Positions 30,430 through 41,986 are shown, counted from the stretch's first letter. The stretch is 64,000 nt of DNA from an uncultured Alphaproteobacteria bacterium (GCA_963767515.1 CAVYER010000006.1:52568-116567); one strand, 5' to 3'. The notes: generated from the sequence alone by a model not told the origin. Translations and numbers: made by a program.

Positions 30430-31398
30430 TTAGAGGCGGATGCGCAGTTTGTTCGCGAGCTCGCCGATGATGCCGCGCCGGAACAAGAGCACGCAGGCCA
30501 CGAAAATTACGCCCTGGATGACCAATACCCACTCTCCGATCGGAGCGAGTTTGAACTGCATCAACAGAATCACGAAGGCGCCGACCACCGGCCCAAAGAT
30601 CGTCCCGAGGCCGCCTACGAGCGTCATCAGCACGACTTCACCAGACATCGGCCAATTCACGTCGGTGAGCGAAGCCAATTGCAGCACGATCGCCTTGGTA
30701 GAGCCGGCAAGACCGGCAAGCGTCGTTGACAAGACAAAGGCAACAAGTTTGTAACGATCGGTCTTGTAGCCAAGCGAGATTGCGCGCGTCTCATTCTCGC
30801 GAATCGCCTTGAGCACCTCGCCAAAGGGCGAATGGATAATGCGGTAGATGAAAAAGCACCCCCCGAGGAAGATCACCAGGACCACCGCATACATCGCCAT
30901 CTCATTCCTGAGGTCGATGAGGCCGAACAAATGGCCGCGCGGTACACCCTGAATGCCATCTTCCCCACCGGTGAACTTCACCTGCAGGGCGACGAAATAC
31001 ATCATCTGCGCCAGCGCCAGCGTCACCATGGCGAAATAGATCCCTTGCCTGCGGATTGCCAGCGAGCCCGCGATGAGCCCAATGACAGCCGCGGTCGCCG
31101 TTCCCGTCAGAATGGCTAGCTCAGGCGACAGGCCCCAGACTTTGGCGGCGTGCGCGGACAGATAACTTGCCCAACCGAAGTAGAGTGCGTGGCCGAACGA
31201 CAGCAGTCCGACATATCCGATCAGCAGGTTGAAGGCGCAGGCAAACAACGCAAAACACATTGCCTGCATCAGGAACAGCGGATAGGTCACGAACGGCGCA
31301 AAAACCAGTGCGGCGATCATAACCACGAAGCCGATGGTCTCGCTCTGGGCACGTAAAGCAGACGGCTTCTTGGTGAGTGGATCGACGACACGCTCCAT
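30430..31398 (-). CDS. Liv-type ABC permease (LivM-like)
   Basis: GLLSFGHA, GIYFAMVTLA, TGGEDG, AIRENE. Confidence 0.92.
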   Translation of the reverse strand: MERVVDPLTKKPSALRAQSETIGFVVMIAALVFAPFVTYPLFLMQAMCFALFACAFNLLIGYVGLLSFGHALYFGWASYLSAHAAKVWGLSPELAILTGTATAAVIGLIAGSLAIRRQGIYFAMVTLALAQMMYFVALQVKFTGGEDGIQGVPRGHLFGLIDLRNEMAMYAVVLVIFLGGCFFIYRIIHSPFGEVLKAIRENETRAISLGYKTDRYKLVAFVLSTTLAGLAGSTKAIVLQLASLTDVNWPMSGEVVLMTLVGGLGTIFGPVVGAFVILLMQFKLAPIGEWVLVIQGVIFVACVLLFRRGIIGELANKLRIRL

Positions 31399-32285
31399 CA
31401 CGCTCTCCGTCCGAACAAGCCTGCCGGCCGCACCAGCAGCACAATGGCCATTATGACGAAAATGACCGTGTTCGACGCCTCGGGGAAGAACACCTTGGTC
31501 AATCCCTCGATCACGCCAAGTCCGAAGCCGGTGACAATGGCGCCCAGGATCGAGCCCATGCCGCCGATCACCACCACCGCAAACACCACAATGATGAGCT
31601 CGGAGCCCATCTGCGGCGACACGTTATAGATCGGCGCCGCCATCACGCCGGCGAAGGCAGCAAGCGCGACACCGAAGCCGTAGGTGAGCGTAATCATGCG
31701 CGGCACATTGATGCCAAAGGCACGCACCAGCGTCGGGTTTTCCGTTGCTGCGCGCAGGTAAGCGCCGAGCCGCGTTCGCTCAATGACGAACCATGTACCG
31801 AAACAGATCGCGAGCGAGGCGACGATCACCCAGGCGCGATAGTTCGGCAGGAACATGAATCCGAGGTTGCGGCCACCTTGCAGCGATTCCGGCACGGTGT
31901 AAGGCAAGCCGGCGGAACCGAAATAGTTACGCGCGACGCCTTCGAAGATCAGCGCCAACCCAAAGGTCAGCAACAGCCCATACAGGTGGTCGAGTTTATA
32001 CAGCCATTGCAGAAATACTCGTTCAACGATGATGCCGGTAATGCCAACGATAATGGGTGCAATGATCAACGCAGGCCAGTAGCCAAGGCCGGAATATTGC
32101 AGGATGAGATAGGCGGCGAAGGCGCCCATCATGTACTGCGCGCCGTGGCTGAAATTGATTATGTTCAGCATGCCGAAGATAACGGCCAGCCCCAGGCTCA
32201 ACAGCGCATAGAACGAGCCGTTGATCAGGCCGATCAACAATTGCCCGAACAAGGCCTGCGAAGGGATACCGAAAATCTCGAACAC
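31398..32285 (-). CDS. Liv-type ABC permease (LivH-like)
   Basis: GL..IFG...IINFSHG, VVVIGGMGS, RPAGLFG. Confidence 0.92.
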   Translation of the reverse strand: MFEIFGIPSQALFGQLLIGLINGSFYALLSLGLAVIFGMLNIINFSHGAQYMMGAFAAYLILQYSGLGYWPALIIAPIIVGITGIIVERVFLQWLYKLDHLYGLLLTFGLALIFEGVARNYFGSAGLPYTVPESLQGGRNLGFMFLPNYRAWVIVASLAICFGTWFVIERTRLGAYLRAATENPTLVRAFGINVPRMITLTYGFGVALAAFAGVMAAPIYNVSPQMGSELIIVVFAVVVIGGMGSILGAIVTGFGLGVIEGLTKVFFPEASNTVIFVIMAIVLLVRPAGLFGRRA

Positions 32286-32303
32286 TTAAAGAAGCTCCGT
32301 CAG

Positions 32304-32332
32304 AAAAAAGGGGCGGGTCGAAGTCCCGCCCC
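32304..32332 (-). terminator. Intrinsic terminator/stabilising hairpin between the binding-protein and permease genes
   Basis: Minus strand GGGGCGGG-7 nt loop-CCCGCCCC followed by TTTTTT. Confidence 0.8.
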
Positions 32333-32350
32333 TCATTCTTTTCCAGACGA

Positions 32351-33565
32351 TCAGCTGCCAACCAGCGGGCAGCCGCTATCTTTCGGATCGCGGAACGCAT
32401 CTTTCGCCGGGATCGTCGCTTTCAACGTGTAGAAGTCGCCCGGGTGCTTGGATTCCGACGGCTTCTTCACCTCAAACAGATAGGCATCGTGGCGCTTGCG
32501 GCCGGTGGCGTCGATTGTGCCTTTGCCGAACAGCGGATCATCGGTTGGCATTGACTTCATTTTGGCGACGACGGACTTGCCATCGTGCTCGCCCGCACCC
32601 ATGGCCAGACGCGCCTTGAGGTAGTGCATGATGCCGGCATAGACCCCCGCATGGATCATGGTCGGGAACTTGCCGGCTGCCGCGCCGGCTTCATGCCACC
32701 GCTTGGTCCAGGCGCGGTTGGTATCGTTCGCATCCCAGTACCAGGTTTCCGTCAATGTCAGGCCCTGCGCGGTTGGCAGACCCAGTGCATTCACGTCGCT
32801 GGCGAACACCAACAGACCGGCCAGTTTCTGCCCGCCCTTGACGATCCCGAACTCGGCCGCCTGCTTGATCGAGTTGATGGTGTCGCCGCCGGCATTGGCA
32901 AGACCAACAACCTTGGCTTTCGACGCCTGCGCCTGAAGCAGGAACGACGAGAAATCGTTCGTGTTCAAAGGATGGCGGACCTTACCGAGAATTTTCCCTC
33001 CTGCCTTCTCAACAGCAGCCGATGTGTCACGCTCGAGCGCATGACCAAATGCGTAGTCCGACGTCAAGAAGAACCAGGTGTCTCCACCCGTCTTCACCAT
33101 TGCCGTTCCGGTGCCATTTGCCAGCATCCAGGTGTCGTAGGTCCAATGAACGGTATTGGCATTGCACTTAGGCCCGGTCAGGTCCGAAGCGGCCGCGCCG
33201 GAAACGATGAATACTTTGTCCTTATTCTTCGCAACCTGGCTGACCGCCAGCGCGACGCCCGAGTTCGGCACGTCGATGATCATGTCGACCTTATCGACGT
33301 CGTACCATTGGTTGGCGATCTGGGTGCCGATGTCCGGCTTATTCTGGTGATCGCCACTGATCATCTCGACTTTCACATTGGGATGATCCTTGGTGAAGTC
33401 AGCAATCGCCATCTTCGCAGCGGCAACCGAGCCCGGGCCGCCGATGTCGGCGTAGAGGCTCGACATGTCGCTCAGCACGCCGATCTTCACGTTAATCTGC
33501 TGGGCGTTTGCCGCTCCGCAGAAGAGAACCGCGGCAAGTGCCGCCAGTCCGAATGTCTTTCTCAT
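32351..33565 (-). CDS. Liv-type ABC substrate-binding protein, paralogue 2
   Basis: Signal peptide, GDHQNKPD, DYAFGH, GLANAGGD. Confidence 0.92.
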   Translation of the reverse strand: MRKTFGLAALAAVLFCGAANAQQINVKIGVLSDMSSLYADIGGPGSVAAAKMAIADFTKDHPNVKVEMISGDHQNKPDIGTQIANQWYDVDKVDMIIDVPNSGVALAVSQVAKNKDKVFIVSGAAASDLTGPKCNANTVHWTYDTWMLANGTGTAMVKTGGDTWFFLTSDYAFGHALERDTSAAVEKAGGKILGKVRHPLNTNDFSSFLLQAQASKAKVVGLANAGGDTINSIKQAAEFGIVKGGQKLAGLLVFASDVNALGLPTAQGLTLTETWYWDANDTNRAWTKRWHEAGAAAGKFPTMIHAGVYAGIMHYLKARLAMGAGEHDGKSVVAKMKSMPTDDPLFGKGTIDATGRKRHDAYLFEVKKPSESKHPGDFYTLKATIPAKDAFRDPKDSGCPLVGS

Positions 33566-33611
33566 AAGTGTATCCTCCTTGTTGTTTTGGTTCGATTAGG
33601 TTCGATTGGTC

Positions 33612-34823
33612 TCAGCCGCTCACCAGCGGGCAATTCCCCTCGTTTAACGGGCGGAAAGCCTCATTCGCAGGAATGGTGGCGCGCAGCTTGTAGAAATCGC
33701 CGGGATATTTTGACTCTTCCGGCTTCTTGACTTCAAAGAGATAGGCCGGATGCAACGTGCGGCCATCCACGCGAACGCTGCCTTTGCCGAACAACGGATC
33801 ATCGGTCGGCAACTCTTTCATCTTGGCAACGACCGCCTTGCCGTCGGCAGCGCTCTTCAGCGCGGTGACAGCCTTGAGGTAGTGCAGCGTACCCGCATAG
33901 ACGCCGGCCTGATTCATCGCCGGGTATTTGCCGGATGCATTGCGCTCGGCATGCCAACGCTTGGTCCAGGCGCGGGTCTGGTCATTCAGATCCCAATAGA
34001 AGGTTTCGGTCAGAACCAGGCCCTGGGCAATCGGAAGACCAAGTGCGGCGACGTCGGTCGCGAACACTAGCAGGCCGGCAAATTTCTGGCCGCCCTTGGC
34101 AATGCCGAATTCGGCGCCCTGCTTGATCGAGTTGATGGTGTCGCCGCCCGCATTGGCGAGTCCAATGACCTTCGCTTTCGACGCCTGCGCTTGCAACAGG
34201 AAGGACGAGAAGTCGTTCGTGTTAAGCGGGTGACGTACCTTGCCAAGCACCTTGCCGCCGTTCTTCTCGACCACTGCCATGGTGTCGCGCTCGAGCGCAT
34301 GACCGAAGGCATAGTCGGATGTCAGGAAGAACCAGGTATCGCCGCCGGTCTTGACGACCGCCTTACCGGTGCCATTCGCCAGCATCCAGGTGTCGTAGGT
34401 CCAATGCACCGTGTTGGGGCTGCATTTCGGTCCAGTGAGGTCGGATGTGGCCGGGCCCGACGCAACGAACACTTTGTTCTTGTCGCGGGTAATTTGGCTG
34501 ATGGCGAGTGCCACACCTGAATTCGGCACATCCGCGATCATGTCAACATGGTCGACGTCATACCATTGGTTGGCAATCTGGGAACCAATGTCCGGCTTGT
34601 TTTGGTGGTCGCCGCTGACCACCTCGACCTTCACGTTCGGATGGTCTTTCATGAAATCGGCCGCCGCCAATTTGGCTGCGATCACGGAACCGACGCCAGT
34701 GGCATCGGCGTAAAGGCTCGACATATCAGTCAGCACGCCGATTTTGACGTTGATCTGCTGGGCACCTGCAGAGCCGCACGCCAGCATGATGGCGAGGACT
34801 GCCAAACTCATTGTTTTCTTCAT
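33612..34823 (-). CDS. Liv-type ABC substrate-binding protein, paralogue 1
   Basis: Same motifs; long identical blocks shared with 32351-33565. Confidence 0.92.
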   Translation of the reverse strand: MKKTMSLAVLAIMLACGSAGAQQINVKIGVLTDMSSLYADATGVGSVIAAKLAAADFMKDHPNVKVEVVSGDHQNKPDIGSQIANQWYDVDHVDMIADVPNSGVALAISQITRDKNKVFVASGPATSDLTGPKCSPNTVHWTYDTWMLANGTGKAVVKTGGDTWFFLTSDYAFGHALERDTMAVVEKNGGKVLGKVRHPLNTNDFSSFLLQAQASKAKVIGLANAGGDTINSIKQGAEFGIAKGGQKFAGLLVFATDVAALGLPIAQGLVLTETFYWDLNDQTRAWTKRWHAERNASGKYPAMNQAGVYAGTLHYLKAVTALKSAADGKAVVAKMKELPTDDPLFGKGSVRVDGRTLHPAYLFEVKKPEESKYPGDFYKLRATIPANEAFRPLNEGNCPLVSG

Positions 34824-34863
34824 TCGTCGTTCCTCCCTTTTCTCCTGGTTTTACGGCTAGTTT

Positions 34864-35580
34864 TCACACTCCGAGATAATCGTGCAGCTTCTCAACGTTG
34901 GCGTCCAGTTCGGCATTGGCGAATTGGTCAATGATACGGCCATGTTCCATGACGTAGTAGCGGTCCGCAACGGTCGAAGCGAAACGGAAATTCTGCTCCA
35001 CCAGCAGGATGGTAAAGCCTTGCTCCTTCAGGGCCCGAATGGTCTTGCCGATCTGCTGGATGATGACGGGTGCAAGGCCTTCGGTCGGCTCGTCGAGCAG
35101 CAGGAGCCGCGCGCCGGTACGCAGGATGCGGCCGATTGCCAACATTTGTTGCTCGCCGCCGGAGAGTTTCGTGCCTTGGCTCGATCCCAACCGCTCCTTG
35201 AGATTGGGAAACAGATTGAAGACCTGTTCAATCGTAAGGCCGCCCGGTTTGACCACGGGCGGGAGCAACAGATTTTCCTCGACACTCAGGCTGGCGAATA
35301 CGCCGCGTTCCTCAGGGCAGAATGCAACGCCGGAGCGCGCAATCTGATCAGACGAGCGGGCGATCAGTTCGTCGCCGTGGAAAAGTATCGAACCGGTGCG
35401 GTGACCGACGATACCCATGATTGATTTCAGTGTTGTGGTCTTTCCGGCGCCGTTACGTCCGAGCAACGTCACGACCTCACCCTCGTGTACATCGAAGGCC
35501 ACACCGTGAAGGATGTGCGACTCGCCATACCAGGCCTGCAGGTCCTTGATCGCGAGCATGGGTGCGCGCACGTCAAGCAT
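34864..35580 (-). CDS. Liv-type ABC ATPase (LivF-like)
   Basis: GRNGAGKT, LSGGEQQM, LDEPTEGL, VEQN; start corrected to ATG 35580. Confidence 0.92.
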   Translation of the reverse strand: MLDVRAPMLAIKDLQAWYGESHILHGVAFDVHEGEVVTLLGRNGAGKTTTLKSIMGIVGHRTGSILFHGDELIARSSDQIARSGVAFCPEERGVFASLSVEENLLLPPVVKPGGLTIEQVFNLFPNLKERLGSSQGTKLSGGEQQMLAIGRILRTGARLLLLDEPTEGLAPVIIQQIGKTIRALKEQGFTILLVEQNFRFASTVADRYYVMEHGRIIDQFANAELDANVEKLHDYLGV

Positions 35581-36328
35581 GCCCGACCCCCATATAGGCC
35601 TCGCGAACCTCGGGATTGGCCGACACGGTCTCGTAGTCACCTTCCGCCAGCACGCGCCCACGCGTGAGAACGGTGATGTGGTCGGAAAGATCGGCGACAA
35701 CCGATAAATTGTGCTCGACCATGAGAACTGTACGATCGGCCGACACACGTTTGATCAATTGCGAAACGCGGTCGATATCCTCATGCCCCATGCCCGCCGT
35801 CGGTTCGTCGAGCAATAGCATCTCCGGATCAAGTGCGAGCGTCGTGGCAATTTCTAGAGCGCGCTTGCGGCCGTAGGGCAGCTCGACGGCCGTCCAGTCT
35901 GCTACGGACGACAGACCAACGTCGGCGATAAGCTCCATGGCGCGCTCGTTCAAATCGTTGAGCACCGACGTCGAACGCCAGAAGTCGAATGAACCGCCGC
36001 GCGCGCGCTGCAACGCGATGCGTACGTTTTCCAGAACAGTCATGTGCGGAAACACAGCGGAAATTTGGAACGAACGCACGAGGCCAAGGCGCGCGACCTC
36101 CGCCGGTTGCGTCGCGGTGATGTCCTGTCCTTTGAACAGGATGCGCCCGCGCGTCGGGCTCAGGAATTTGGTGAGCAAATTGAAGCAGGTGGTCTTGCCG
36201 GCCCCGTTCGGTCCGATCAAAGCGTGAATGGTCCCACGCTTGACGCGCAGGCTCACGCCGTTGACGGCAATAAAGCCGGCAAACTCCTTCGTAAGATCCT
36301 CGGTCTCGAGGATCATCTCTTCACTCAT
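35573..36328 (-). CDS. Liv-type ABC ATPase (LivG-like)
   Basis: [30 protein letters not shown]. Confidence 0.92.
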   Translation of the reverse strand: MSEEMILETEDLTKEFAGFIAVNGVSLRVKRGTIHALIGPNGAGKTTCFNLLTKFLSPTRGRILFKGQDITATQPAEVARLGLVRSFQISAVFPHMTVLENVRIALQRARGGSFDFWRSTSVLNDLNERAMELIADVGLSSVADWTAVELPYGRKRALEIATTLALDPEMLLLDEPTAGMGHEDIDRVSQLIKRVSADRTVLMVEHNLSVVADLSDHITVLTRGRVLAEGDYETVSANPEVREAYMGVGHA

Positions 36329-36449
36329 ACGCAGCGACCCCTCGTCAGTCATTTCTGACAGGTTTTAGCTGCACGCGGCAAGGCCTACTAAAGGTCCGTT
36401 CGTGCGGCTAAGTGGCTGATAAGATTGAATGTGTTTAGTTCGACCCGCG

Positions 36450-37220
36450 TTAGCCGCCCTTGAATTTCTTGGCAAGTGCGTCCGCGTTGCGTGCCAGCAG
36501 ACCGATATCGGCGCCCACCGCGACAAACAGATAACCCCACTCGATATAGCGGCGGGCTTCCTCTTCATTTCCGGTCAGGATGCCGGCCGGCTTGCCCAGC
36601 GCTTTGAGGCGCTTCACCGCATCCTCCATCGCTTTTTGCACCTCGGCATGCTGCGGATTGCCAAGGTGACCGAGCGAGGCCGCAAGATCGGACGGTCCAA
36701 TGAAGACGCCATCGATGCCATCCACTTTTGCAATAGCCTCGAGTTCCTTAAGCGCGATGCGCGTCTCGACCTGGACCAGAACGCAAATCTCGTCGTTTGC
36801 CCTGGTCAGATAGCCGGGCACGCGCCCGTAACGACTTGCGCGAGCTGCAACAGACACGCCGCGAATCCCTTGCGGCGGATAGCGCGTGGACGCAACCGCG
36901 CGCTTCGCTTCCTCCGCGTTCTGCACGTAAGGAAACAGCAAAGTCTGCGCGCCGATATCGAGAGCGCGCTTCGCCAGTACAGCATCATTCCAGGCCGGAC
37001 GGATGATCGGCGTCGCAGTGCCGGCCTGCACGGCTTGAAGCTGCGTGAGCAGATCCGGGATTTCGTTCGGCGAATGCTCGGTGTCGAGCAAAATCCAGTC
37101 GAACCCACTGTCGGAAATCACCTCGGCAGCGATGTTGCTGCAAAGGCTCGACCAGAGACCGATCTGCAATTTACCCGCGGCGAGTGCGTGCTTGAAGGCG
37201 TTACGTTGCATATCCGGCAT
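36450..37220 (-). CDS. hpaI: HpcH/HpaI class II pyruvate aldolase
   Basis: [27 protein letters not shown]. Confidence 0.85.
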   Translation of the reverse strand: MPDMQRNAFKHALAAGKLQIGLWSSLCSNIAAEVISDSGFDWILLDTEHSPNEIPDLLTQLQAVQAGTATPIIRPAWNDAVLAKRALDIGAQTLLFPYVQNAEEAKRAVASTRYPPQGIRGVSVAARASRYGRVPGYLTRANDEICVLVQVETRIALKELEAIAKVDGIDGVFIGPSDLAASLGHLGNPQHAEVQKAMEDAVKRLKALGKPAGILTGNEEEARRYIEWGYLFVAVGADIGLLARNADALAKKFKGG

Positions 37221-37255
37221 GATGGTGCTCTTTCTTAGTGGCGCATGACGTTGCG

Positions 37256-38038
37256 CTACACAAATTGAATGGCGATGCCGCCGAGCGGCCCGAAATCGGC
37301 ATGCAGCGTATCGCCTTTTTGCGCAAACACGACACGCGTGAACGAACCGGCGAGCACGATGTGTCCCGGCTCAAGCGCGTGACCATGCGGGCCGATCTTG
37401 TTGGCAAGCCAGGCAACGCCCAGCGCGGGATGACCAAGCACACCGGCGGCGAGGCCCGTCTCCTCGATTTCGGAATTGCGGTACATGATGCCGCCGACCC
37501 AGCGCAGATCAACATCGAGTGGGCCGACCGGACGCCCGCCCATGGCAATGCCTGCCGCAGCGCCATTGTCCGCGACGGTATCGACGATCTTGCGCGGGTC
37601 TTGCAACCGCGCATCGACGATTTCCATCGCCGGCACCACATATTCGGTAGCGCGCAGAACCTCGGCCAGGCCGACGCCCGGACCCTGCAGCTTTTTACCC
37701 ATGATGAAGGCAAGTTCGACTTCAACGCGTGGCTTGCAGTAGTCCGCGTGTTTTACTTTTGCGCCGTCGGCGATCAACTGGTCATCGAGGATATAGCCGT
37801 AATCCGGCTCGTCGATCATCGAGGAACGCTGCATCGCCTTCGAGGTGAGCCCGACTTTATGGCCGATCAGCTTGGCCCCGGCCTTGATCTTGCGCTGCGC
37901 CACCTCGGTCGAGATCGCGTAGGAATCATCAATGGTGATGTCCGGGAAGGTGATGTGCAGCTGGGTCGCCTGCTTACGCTCCTTTTGCGCGGCCATCAGG
38001 ATATCGGCGGCCTTCTTGCGGTCGGCGTCAGAGAGCAT
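37256..38038 (-). CDS. hpaH: 2-oxo-hept-4-ene-1,7-dioate hydratase family (FAH fold)
   Basis: [42 protein letters not shown]. Confidence 0.85.
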   Translation of the reverse strand: MLSDADRKKAADILMAAQKERKQATQLHITFPDITIDDSYAISTEVAQRKIKAGAKLIGHKVGLTSKAMQRSSMIDEPDYGYILDDQLIADGAKVKHADYCKPRVEVELAFIMGKKLQGPGVGLAEVLRATEYVVPAMEIVDARLQDPRKIVDTVADNGAAAGIAMGGRPVGPLDVDLRWVGGIMYRNSEIEETGLAAGVLGHPALGVAWLANKIGPHGHALEPGHIVLAGSFTRVVFAQKGDTLHADFGPLGGIAIQFV

Positions 38039-38352
38039 TTTTCCCCCTCAATTCATGTGGGGACGATCCTGTACCGGCTCTCCAGAGAAAATCAAATGTT
38101 CATAATCCTCTAGTCTCACGAGGCGCAGCCCGCGCGTAGCTCGACCTTTTGATTGATGAAAGCCAAAGTCGGGCGAAAGGACCGCACAGGCACGGTAAAT
38201 CCGGCTGCCGGCCCATGTGCGTCCAAAACGCGCGCATCTCGCGATCACATCTTCGACAAGTCGGGATTGAATCCATTGTCACTGGTTTAGCCAACTGGCA
38301 TACGCCGCGCGGCGGCAAGAAACGCAAATGGATTTCAAAGGACGACGCGAAA

Positions 38353-39387
38353 ATGTTCAATCAGTTGACCAGGCAAGTGGCTATAGCGGCAGCCGTTTCT
38401 ATTGTGATCGCAGGAATTGACCTCATCGCAGTTGCTGCACCCGCTCCGACGACCCACGCATATACGGTTCACAAGTATGTGGACATCGAGGGGATAAAGA
38501 TCTTTTACCGCGAAGCCGGACCGCCATCCGCTCCAACAGTTCTGCTGCTGCACGGGCTTCCGTCATCGTCGCGCGAGTTCGATACACTTCTTCCGCTGCT
38601 CGCGGACCGATATCATTTGGTGGCTCCGGATTATCCCGGGTTCGGCCATTCAGATGCGCCTCCGCCGGATAAATTCAGGTACACCTTCGAGAACATTACA
38701 AACGTCATCGACAAGTTCACGCAAACTCTCGGGCTGAAAAAGTATGCGCTCTATGTCAACGATTACGGCGGCCCGATCGGCTTTCGCCTCGCGCTTGCTC
38801 ATCCCGAACGCGTGACCGCGATCGTCGTTCAAAATGCAGTCGCCCATAACGACGGCCTTGATGAAAAGCGCTGGGCTGCGCCGCGCGCATTCTGGGCCGA
38901 CCGCGCAAAATACGAAGATCAGTTCCGGCAGCGCCTGACTTCCCTTCAAGGAGCGAAGGCGCGGCACATCGGAAACTCACCGTACCCCGAGCGCTACAGC
39001 CCTGATCTTTGGGACGACGAGTTTGCGTATCTGAGCAAGCCAGGAATAGCCCAAATCCAGGTCGAATTGTTTTATGACTATCAAAGCAATGTTGCGGCGT
39101 ATCCGCTTTGGCAAGACTATTTCCGCAAGCACCAGCCGCCAATGTTGGTGCTTTGGGGCAAATACGATCCGGGCTTTGCTTTACCCGAGGCTGAGGCTTA
39201 CAAACGTGAAATTCCCTCAGCCGAGGTGCACGTCCTCGAGGCTGGCCACTTTGCGATGGATGAAGCCTTGGATCAGGCTGCCGGTTTCATGCGACCTTTT
39301 CTGGCAAAATCGCTGAGCAGACACTCGCAACACCCGCTCCGTGCCGAGCCTGCCGGCAAGTATCCCGCCAGCAAGCAGCCTGGATAA
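38353..39387 (+). CDS. Alpha/beta hydrolase (epoxide hydrolase/dehalogenase-like) with possible signal peptide
   Basis: HGLPSSS, APDYPGFGHS, NDYGG (Asp nucleophile), WGKYD, AGHF. Confidence 0.88.
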   Translation: MFNQLTRQVAIAAAVSIVIAGIDLIAVAAPAPTTHAYTVHKYVDIEGIKIFYREAGPPSAPTVLLLHGLPSSSREFDTLLPLLADRYHLVAPDYPGFGHSDAPPPDKFRYTFENITNVIDKFTQTLGLKKYALYVNDYGGPIGFRLALAHPERVTAIVVQNAVAHNDGLDEKRWAAPRAFWADRAKYEDQFRQRLTSLQGAKARHIGNSPYPERYSPDLWDDEFAYLSKPGIAQIQVELFYDYQSNVAAYPLWQDYFRKHQPPMLVLWGKYDPGFALPEAEAYKREIPSAEVHVLEAGHFAMDEALDQAAGFMRPFLAKSLSRHSQHPLRAEPAGKYPASKQPG

Positions 39388-39400
39388 TCACGCCGAATTC

Positions 39401-40051
39401 TCAGTGCTTGAGCTTGGGATCGACCTTGAAGCTGGCCTGAGTTTTCTTCGTGATCTCGTCGACCGTTACGCCGGGCGCGAGCTCGGTGAGCGTCATGCCG
39501 CCTTTCTTGCGGTCGATGGTGAAGACGCCGAGATCCGTGATCACCATGTCGACGACGCCGGCGCCGGTAAGCGGCAAATTGCACTTGTGCAGCAGCTTCG
39601 GCTCGTCCTTGGCGGTGTGCTCCATGATCACCACCACCTTCTTGACGCCGGCCACGAGATCCATGGCGCCGCCCATGCCTTTCACCATCTTGCCGGGGAT
39701 CATCCAGTTGGCGAGATCGCCGTTTTCAGCGACCTGCATGGCGCCGAGCAGCGCGATGTCGATGTGGCCGCCGCGGATCATCGCAAACGAATCTGCCGAT
39801 GAGAAAAAACTGGTGGTCGGCAGTTCGGTCACAGTCTGCTTGCCGGCATTGATCAGGTCGGGATCTTCCTCGCCATCATAGGGGAACGGCCCGAAGCCAA
39901 GCATGCCGTTTTCGCTTTGCAATTGCACGGTCATGCCGTCGGGAATGTAATTCGACACCAAAGTTGGAATGCCGATGCCGAGATTGACGTAAAAGCCATC
40001 GCGCAATTCCTTGGCGGCGCGTTCGGCCATTTGATCGCGGGTCCAGGGCAT
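39401..40051 (-). CDS. scoB: 3-oxoacid CoA-transferase subunit B
   Basis: [22 protein letters not shown]; start corrected to ATG 40051. Confidence 0.93.
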   Translation of the reverse strand: MPWTRDQMAERAAKELRDGFYVNLGIGIPTLVSNYIPDGMTVQLQSENGMLGFGPFPYDGEEDPDLINAGKQTVTELPTTSFFSSADSFAMIRGGHIDIALLGAMQVAENGDLANWMIPGKMVKGMGGAMDLVAGVKKVVVIMEHTAKDEPKLLHKCNLPLTGAGVVDMVITDLGVFTIDRKKGGMTLTELAPGVTVDEITKKTQASFKVDPKLKH

Positions 40052-40055
40052 ACTA

Positions 40056-40784
40056 TTAAACCTCTTCTCCGGTTGCGGCGGCAGCCACGCGCTTGCGCAC
40101 GGTACGCTGCTCGATGTGCTTGACCGCATTGGGGACGTGAATAATGCGCTTGACGTAAACGCCCGGCGTAATGATGTGGTCGGGATTCAATTCGCCCGGG
40201 TGCACTAGGTGCTCCACTTCGGCAACCGTCACTTTGCCCGCCGTCGCCATCATTGGGTTAAAGTTGCGCGCCGTCTTCCGGTAGACGAGGTTGCCTTCGT
40301 GGTCGCCCATCCATGCGTGCACGACAGACAAGTCTGCGACGATGCCACGCTCCATGATGTAACGATCACCGTCGAATTCACGCTCTTCCTTGCCTTTGGC
40401 GATATCAGTGCCGGCGCCGGTGCGGGTGAAGAATGCGGGGATGCCCGCGCCACCGGCGCGAATGCGTTCGGCCAGCGTGCCTTGCGGGTTGAATTCGATC
40501 TCGAGTTCATTCGCCAAAAACTGCTGCGCGAACAATTTGTTTTCGCCCACGTAGGACGAGATCATTTTCTTGACCTGCCGGGTCTCGAGCAGCAGGCCGA
40601 GGCCGGCGCCGTCGACGCCCGCATTGTTCGACACAATCGTGAGATTTTTTACGCCGCTGTCGCGGATGGCGAGGATCAGCGTCTCTGGTATGCCGCAGAG
40701 GCCGAAGCCTCCGGCACAGATCAGCATGCCGTCCTTGAGCACGCCAGCCAGCGCAGATTTCGCGTCGGAATAGACCTTCTTCAT
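40056..40784 (-). CDS. scoA: 3-oxoacid CoA-transferase subunit A
   Basis: [33 protein letters not shown]. Confidence 0.93.
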   Translation of the reverse strand: MKKVYSDAKSALAGVLKDGMLICAGGFGLCGIPETLILAIRDSGVKNLTIVSNNAGVDGAGLGLLLETRQVKKMISSYVGENKLFAQQFLANELEIEFNPQGTLAERIRAGGAGIPAFFTRTGAGTDIAKGKEEREFDGDRYIMERGIVADLSVVHAWMGDHEGNLVYRKTARNFNPMMATAGKVTVAEVEHLVHPGELNPDHIITPGVYVKRIIHVPNAVKHIEQRTVRKRVAAAATGEEV

Positions 40785-41011
40785 ACAACTCCACCACTCT
40801 CCCGGACCAACAGATTTCTATAGGGACTATGGCACAGGCCAAACGTCAATTGCCCGTAAGCCCCGCTCAACCCTAGCGCAGACCCGCATTGCGGGTCACC
40901 CCATTGCGGATATTTGCCACGCGGCCATTTGGCATTATGACAGACGGCGCGCGATCTCCCCCGATAAACGGTTCCCCCTTTTCCGGATCGCGCGCTATAC
41001 CTGCGAGCCCC

Positions 41012-41983
41012 ATGCCAAACGTTCTCATTCTCACGGAAGTCCAGGAAGCCATGCGCGCCCGTTACAAGGCGATGCTGATGGAGCGATTTCCGCAACTCAC
41101 GATCAACGTGGTCGGTCATCACACCCTGGTCGACCCCCACATTGCCGACATCGACATTCTGCTGTGTTTTGGGCCGCCAATGGCCGACCACGTGGTGCGC
41201 GATGCGCCCAAGCTGAAATGGATCCAGTCGCTCGGTACCGGCGTCGACAACATTGTCGATCTGCCTTCGCTCGGCAAAGAGGTGCTGGTCACCAATGTGC
41301 GCGGCATCCACGGTGCGCCGGTTTCGGAAGCCACCATTGCCTTCATGCTGTCGCTCGCGCGCGACATGCCGCGCTCCGTCCGCGCGCAGGAAAACAGCAA
41401 GTGGGAACGCTGGCCGTCGGCGCTGCTCGCCGGCAAGACTGTTGGCATTCTTGGCGTTGGCCTTATCGCCGAATATCTGGCCCCCATCTGCAAGACGTTT
41501 CATATGACGGTGATCGGCATCAGCGGCGGCCCGCGCGAAAGCAAGGGCTTCGACCGCATGGTTCACCGAAACGATCTCCTGAAGATCGCACCCGAGCTCG
41601 ACTTTCTTGTCGCGCTGGCCCCGCTCACGCCGGAAACGCGCGGCATCGTCGGCGAAAAATTGTTGAGCGTCATGAAGCCGACGGCCTATCTGGTCAACGT
41701 CGCACGCGGTGGCGTGGTCGACGAACCGGCCTTGATCGCCGCGCTTGAAACAGGAAAAATTGCCGGTGCCGGGCTTGACGTTTTTTCGCAAGAACCGTTG
41801 CCGCCCGACAATCCGCTCTGGAAGACCAAGAACGTGACGATCTTCTCGCATCTCGGCGGCTATTCGCAGGGCTACGAGGATCGCGCCATGCCGACGATCG
41901 CCGGCAACATGGCCAAGTTTCTCGCCAGCGATCTCAAATCCATGATCAATATCGTGCGCAAACCCGCGTCCTGGGGAGTTTGA
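41012..41983 (+). CDS. D-2-hydroxyacid dehydrogenase
   Basis: GTGVD, GILGVGLI, NVARGGVVDE, LDVF..EPL, SHLGG. Confidence 0.9.
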   Translation: MPNVLILTEVQEAMRARYKAMLMERFPQLTINVVGHHTLVDPHIADIDILLCFGPPMADHVVRDAPKLKWIQSLGTGVDNIVDLPSLGKEVLVTNVRGIHGAPVSEATIAFMLSLARDMPRSVRAQENSKWERWPSALLAGKTVGILGVGLIAEYLAPICKTFHMTVIGISGGPRESKGFDRMVHRNDLLKIAPELDFLVALAPLTPETRGIVGEKLLSVMKPTAYLVNVARGGVVDEPALIAALETGKIAGAGLDVFSQEPLPPDNPLWKTKNVTIFSHLGGYSQGYEDRAMPTIAGNMAKFLASDLKSMINIVRKPASWGV

Positions 41984-41986
41984 ACG

